From: Longimicrobiales bacterium | Lineage (GTDB): Bacteria; Gemmatimonadota; Gemmatimonadetes; Longimicrobiales; Gaopeijiaceae | NCBI GenBank assembly: GCA_965219445.1 | Contig: CBDCNQ010000005.1 | Span: 224,001-288,000, forward strand | Direction: 5' to 3' | DNA: 64,000 nt | Part shown: positions 60,123 to 64,000 of the stretch, piece by piece | Layout: each line of letters begins with the position of its first letter | Position numbering within the stretch: position 1 is the first letter of the stretch | The notes under the pieces: generated by a model | Databases searched by the model: none | The model's input: only the letters and a program-made list of their open reading frames with translations | What the model was told of the DNA's origin: nothing | Program-made: the position numbers and the translations under genes

Positions 60123-60589
60123 TGCAGAGACATGACGACGACCGCTTGAGGGAGGAGTTCGGACGACTCAGGTCCGAAACGGAGGAGTCCGCACGCGTAC
60201 CCGAGTTCCGGGCGATGCTCGAGAAGGCCAAGGCCGACGCGGTGGCGAGCCCCGAGCTTCGGGTTGTGCAAGGCGGGCAATCCGACGCCGGAGCGCGGCG
60301 CAGGCGCATTGTCAGGATCGGTGGTTGGGCCTCGGCGGCCGTTGCGGCGGGCATCGCCGCCGTTCTGCTGATAGGCGGCCCCTCGGATGCTGATCGGGAG
60401 TTCGAACGTCTTGTGGCCGCCTATTCGGCCGACGCGTCGTCCGGGGCTTGGCAGTCACCGACTTCTGGACTCTTGAACGTCCCAGGCATGAACCTCACCC
60501 GCTCGGTGCCGTCGCTCGGCGCCGCGATTCGAGGTATCGATCCGGACGAGCTCCGGAACGTCCCCGATCCCGACGCGAGGGACTCATGA
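60122..60589 (+). CDS. Probable anti-sigma membrane protein
   Basis: Single TM; coupled to the sigma gene. Confidence 0.7.
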   Translation: MQRHDDDRLREEFGRLRSETEESARVPEFRAMLEKAKADAVASPELRVVQGGQSDAGARRRRIVRIGGWASAAVAAGIAAVLLIGGPSDADREFERLVAAYSADASSGAWQSPTSGLLNVPGMNLTRSVPSLGAAIRGIDPDELRNVPDPDARDS

Positions 60590-61056
60590 GATGCCCGAGC
60601 GCTGGATTACCGAGCACTGGACTTCTGATCGCGCTCGTGATGTGCTCGGGCGCGCTGGCGAGGCCGGCCCTCGCCCAGCAGGAGCAGGCGGTGGGCGAGG
60701 ATCCGCTGTTTGCGACGCTCTTTCCACCCGAGCTGATCATGCAGCACCGGCGCGCGATCGGCCTCAGCGACGAGCAGCGGGACGCGATCAGCCAGTTGAT
60801 CGGGGAGCTGCAGGGGCGCGTCGTCCGGCTCCAGTGGGAGCTCCTCGACGAGATTCAGCAGCTGGCGGAGATTACCTCGGGCACCAGGGTGGACCTCGAT
60901 CGGTCTCTCGATCAGATCGAGAGCGTCCTCGACACTGAAAATGAGATCAAGCACGCGCATCTCGAGATGTTGGTGCGAATCAAGAATCTGCTGAGCGCCG
61001 AGCAGCAGGCGACGCTGGAAAGGCTACGGGCTGCCGAGGCGCCGCCGCCCGGCTGA
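60586..61056 (+). CDS. Spy/CpxP-like periplasmic protein
   Basis: Signal peptide; LSDEQ and LSAEQ motifs. Confidence 0.75.
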   Translation: MRCPSAGLPSTGLLIALVMCSGALARPALAQQEQAVGEDPLFATLFPPELIMQHRRAIGLSDEQRDAISQLIGELQGRVVRLQWELLDEIQQLAEITSGTRVDLDRSLDQIESVLDTENEIKHAHLEMLVRIKNLLSAEQQATLERLRAAEAPPPG

Positions 61057-61118
61057 CCGAACCGCCGACCGGCCGCGCACCGCCGGCCGGCGGCACGGGC
61101 GCCCCATCTCGGACCGAT

Positions 61119-61739
61119 CTAGGGCCACCACGACACGCCGAGGTTGAAGCGTGACGACGTCGCGTCGAAGTCCAGGCCACTCACCGAGACGTTATCGACC
61201 GTCACGGTGTTGAACTCCCCTCCGGTCCACAGCAACTGCATGTCCAGAGCCCACGTCTCGCTGAAGTAGAAGTCGACTCCGCCCCCGAGCGTGAGCCCCG
61301 CGCCCGAAATGGAGAGCTCGTTCACCGGGGCCGCGTCGACCACGGGATCCGTGACGCTCACCACTCGATAGCCGAGCGCCGCCTGCAGGAAGGGAATCCA
61401 CTTCCGCAGCGAGTTCGCGAAGTTGAACCGGATACCGAGGTCGAAGTGGCCCATGGTCCACTCACCCTCGACATTGTCCGTGGTCAGATCGTCGAACTTC
61501 GCGCCATCACCCTGAGCGAAGATCGTGATCCGGCGGTTCACGCCGTAGCCGAAAAGGACGCCGCCCCCGCCCGCGTTTTCGCGGTCATTGCTGGCGCCCT
61601 GGGGGTCCAGTGACGCACCGGTCCCGTGAAGCCCGATCGTGAACCCTCGTGTCGTGGACTCTTGCGCCGCGGCGGATTCGGCCACGAAGAAGAGGGCCAG
61701 AGCGGCCAAGGGAAGGAGATTGAGCTTCGAGCGTCGCAT
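61119..61739 (-). CDS. Outer-membrane beta-barrel protein
   Basis: Signal peptide, amphipathic strands, aromatic C-terminus. Confidence 0.85.
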   Translation of the reverse strand: MRRSKLNLLPLAALALFFVAESAAAQESTTRGFTIGLHGTGASLDPQGASNDRENAGGGGVLFGYGVNRRITIFAQGDGAKFDDLTTDNVEGEWTMGHFDLGIRFNFANSLRKWIPFLQAALGYRVVSVTDPVVDAAPVNELSISGAGLTLGGGVDFYFSETWALDMQLLWTGGEFNTVTVDNVSVSGLDFDATSSRFNLGVSWWP

Positions 61740-61865
61740 GGTTGCCTCGGTGGTCCAGGTGCGAAGGATCCCGGTCCGGCGCCGGTGACCGTGACGGATG
61801 CGGAGCTCGCTGCATCCAAAACAATCATAATGGTCCGACGGCGGACCGGGGCGAGTTTTTTCTCT

Positions 61866-62964
61866 CTAGAGCAAAATGCCGAGAATCACGAGATCGTCGA
61901 TCGGGTCGATCAGATCCTCGAGGAAGTCGAACACGTCTTCGATGGTGTCGACGATCCGGTGGAGCACCAGCGTCTCGCCGATGGTAAGCGGCTCACCGCC
62001 CTGACCGACGATCGTCGGTTCGTCCGCGGGGCCGGACACCGTGGCGAAGATGTCACCGTTGAGGAAGAACGTCCCTTCCAGGATCCCGTCGCTTCCATCC
62101 ATATCGACTCGGATAGAGTGTGCGCGATGGCGCACCGTGAGGTCGATTTCTCCTTCGCCCTCAGTACCCTCCTCGACGCCGCCGACGTTACCGGTGATGC
62201 TGAAGTCACGCGCGTCGACTCGGAGCTCGAACGCGACGTCGAGCGTGGTTTGGGTCTCGGTTTCCGTCCCGACGGCCTCGATGTGGAAGTCCAGTCGGAC
62301 GCCGTCCCCCTGCAAGAAGCCATGGACGGTCAGAGCGCCTCGATTCGCGTTTTCATCCAACGTGGTGCGGTAATCGAGCACCGTTGTCTCGTTCTGTACG
62401 ACGGTGAGGTGCAGGACGATGTCCTCGGCGCTCCCGTCTCCCTCATCGATCAGGTCCGCGTACCCGGTCTCCTGCTCGACGATCGGCGTGCCGGTTCCGT
62501 TCTACGTCGTACGTGATGAAGCGCACGCCGGTCTCGGGCGCACCGGTGCGCTCTGGATCGGCCGCGTAGTCGTCGGTCGCCGGATCGTAGACAAAAGTCA
62601 CACCGCGATGTGTGTCGGAGATGATCGGCGCAGCCGACGGTCCTGGCGTGGCTTCGGCCGCCTGGATCCGCCGGGCCAGGTTCAGCGCGAACGCCCGCCC
62701 GCCGTCCTCGGCGTTCGGCGCGCTCATTGAGGCTACGACGTCGATCGCGGCGGGTGCGCCTCCGAACGGTGTACGGCTTTCCAGAGCCTTGAAACCGGCA
62801 AACTCGGTCGAACCGAGAGCCGCACCCAGTGCCTCGTAGTCTGCGAGTGCTGCCTCCGTATCGAGCGCCGTCTCGATATCGGGCCCTGTACTGCTGTCAC
62901 ACGCTACGGCGAACATGCCCAGGGCTGCGATCGTCGCCAGCCGGCTCGGTCGACTCTTCCACAT
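61866..62964 (-). pseudogene. Lipoprotein with a frameshift near 62500 (possibly a sequencing error)
   Basis: AVAC lipobox; removing one base joins FITYDV to GTGTPIVEQETGYADL. Confidence 0.65.
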
Positions 62965-63213
62965 GGTTCGGTCCTCCCCGTTTCTCATTCTCGAAGTCGC
63001 TTCGGTCGAGGGTGAGTGACCTGGGGGCTCCCGTTGTATGACAAGCGCTCGGCCGCCCAATCCCGAGTCTGGGCTTTTCTTGCTCGGGGCGAGGGTCGTC
63101 CGCATACTGATTGGCACGCCAGCGCACGACTCTACTTGTCCTCCCCCCAGTCGCTCGCTCGCGCTAGTTGGGGGGCGCTAGCATGGAGGGGTCTGTGGAG
63201 ACCTATCTGCCCG

Positions 63214-63864
63214 ATGGATGAGACCGCGGGTCACCGATCCTTCTTTCGGGCCGCCCACGAGCGGAAGCTACCGCTCTTGTCACTCGTCGCGATCACCGTC
63301 CTTTCGGGTTGGCTTGGCGTCCGAGCGCTTCTCTCCGGCGAAGCGGCCACAGATTCCCGGTCGGAAGAGTTGCCGCTCGTGATCCTCATGGACTCCCATC
63401 ATCCCGCGCGGGTTTATGATGAGGAGACGCGAGCGGCCAACGCCACCAACGCGGACGTACTCAGCGACGTCTTGCTCGACCTGCCGATTCGTCGGCAACG
63501 CGAATCCATCGGGCCGGAGTGGCATCGAGATGAAGAGATCCTGCGCTTCGATCCGGAGCTGATCGTCATCCACTACTCAGGGTTTCGGCAAGCGGACGGG
63601 AGCGGGCCTCGCGAGCGGCTTCGGCTCTTGATCAGCTTCTTTGGTGAGTCCGACACGCGGTTCCTGATCTACAGCCGGGCAGCGGAGGCAGCGCTTCGGG
63701 TAGCGGTGAATGGTCTACTAGCCGACCTCTACGCCGAGCATCCTGGCCTTCTGGAGAGAGTCAGCGTCTTCGGCCTTGATGACTACGGTCCACCCAGCTG
63801 GCTGAGCCCGCTGACGACCAACCCGCTCAAGCTCAGGGTGAAGCAGATACTCGCCATTCCCTGA
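63214..63864 (+). CDS. Membrane-anchored hypothetical protein
   Basis: One TM followed by an alpha/beta-like domain. Confidence 0.6.
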   Translation: MDETAGHRSFFRAAHERKLPLLSLVAITVLSGWLGVRALLSGEAATDSRSEELPLVILMDSHHPARVYDEETRAANATNADVLSDVLLDLPIRRQRESIGPEWHRDEEILRFDPELIVIHYSGFRQADGSGPRERLRLLISFFGESDTRFLIYSRAAEAALRVAVNGLLADLYAEHPGLLERVSVFGLDDYGPPSWLSPLTTNPLKLRVKQILAIP

Positions 63865-63878
63865 TGGCTCAACACACC

Positions 63879-64000
63879 ATGGCGCGACGACTTCTGAGAC
63901 GCTCGATCCTGTGGATGGCGGCGCTCGGCGTGGCCTTGCCGGCCGCGCCTGCTTTCGGCCAACGGGGCGCTCAGAACGGGGAGTGGCGGAGCTACGGCGG
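63879..64000 (+). CDS. Start of another PQQ-binding protein (runs off the right edge)
   Basis: Signal peptide then QRGAQNGEWRSYG, like the two paralogues. Confidence 0.7.
   Translation, partial: MARRLLRRSILWMAALGVALPAAPAFGQRGAQNGEWRSYG

Noticed and set aside
1..64000. CRISPR array, tRNA or rRNA genes, reverse transcriptase
   Set aside because: No regularly spaced repeats, cloverleaf or rRNA signatures, or RT motifs were seen by eye

Overview
High-GC bacterial window; the kinase fragments at 26593-26909 and 34450-34560 resemble Gemmatimonadota proteins. The left ~34 kb is a stack of nested, decaying mobile elements. (i) A type I R-M locus (hsdM-TIGR02391-like-hsdS-DUF433/PIN TA-hsdR) has its hsdM cut at ~7700. 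(ii) The cutting element is an ICE with a tyrosine integrase, Xis-like protein, Replic_Relax/MOBC-like relaxase, ArdC, VirB11, VirD4-like protein and VirB8/6/5/10/9/4. (iii) The ICE is itself cut at ~22710 by a small P4-integrase element carrying a mobC remnant and a truncated IS3. (iv) An integrase-less integron cassette array has two attC sites, each hit by a different IS110-family element at a different position, and a GNAT cassette split by an IS3-family element with atypical ends. A ~150-bp multi-hairpin element with compensatory base changes occurs three times (763-904, 14892-15033 reversed, 24683-24819) and is a candidate oriT or oriT mimic. The attC-inserted IS1111-type element has a ~450-nt non-coding end with two similar loops that match attC sequence and one loop that matches its own circle junction, a bridge/seek-RNA-like layout. 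The right ~30 kb is mostly ordinary chromosomal genes, including two PQQ dehydrogenase paralogues flanking an IS256-disrupted archaeal-type GAPDH-like gene. All calls are by eye; no database searches were run.
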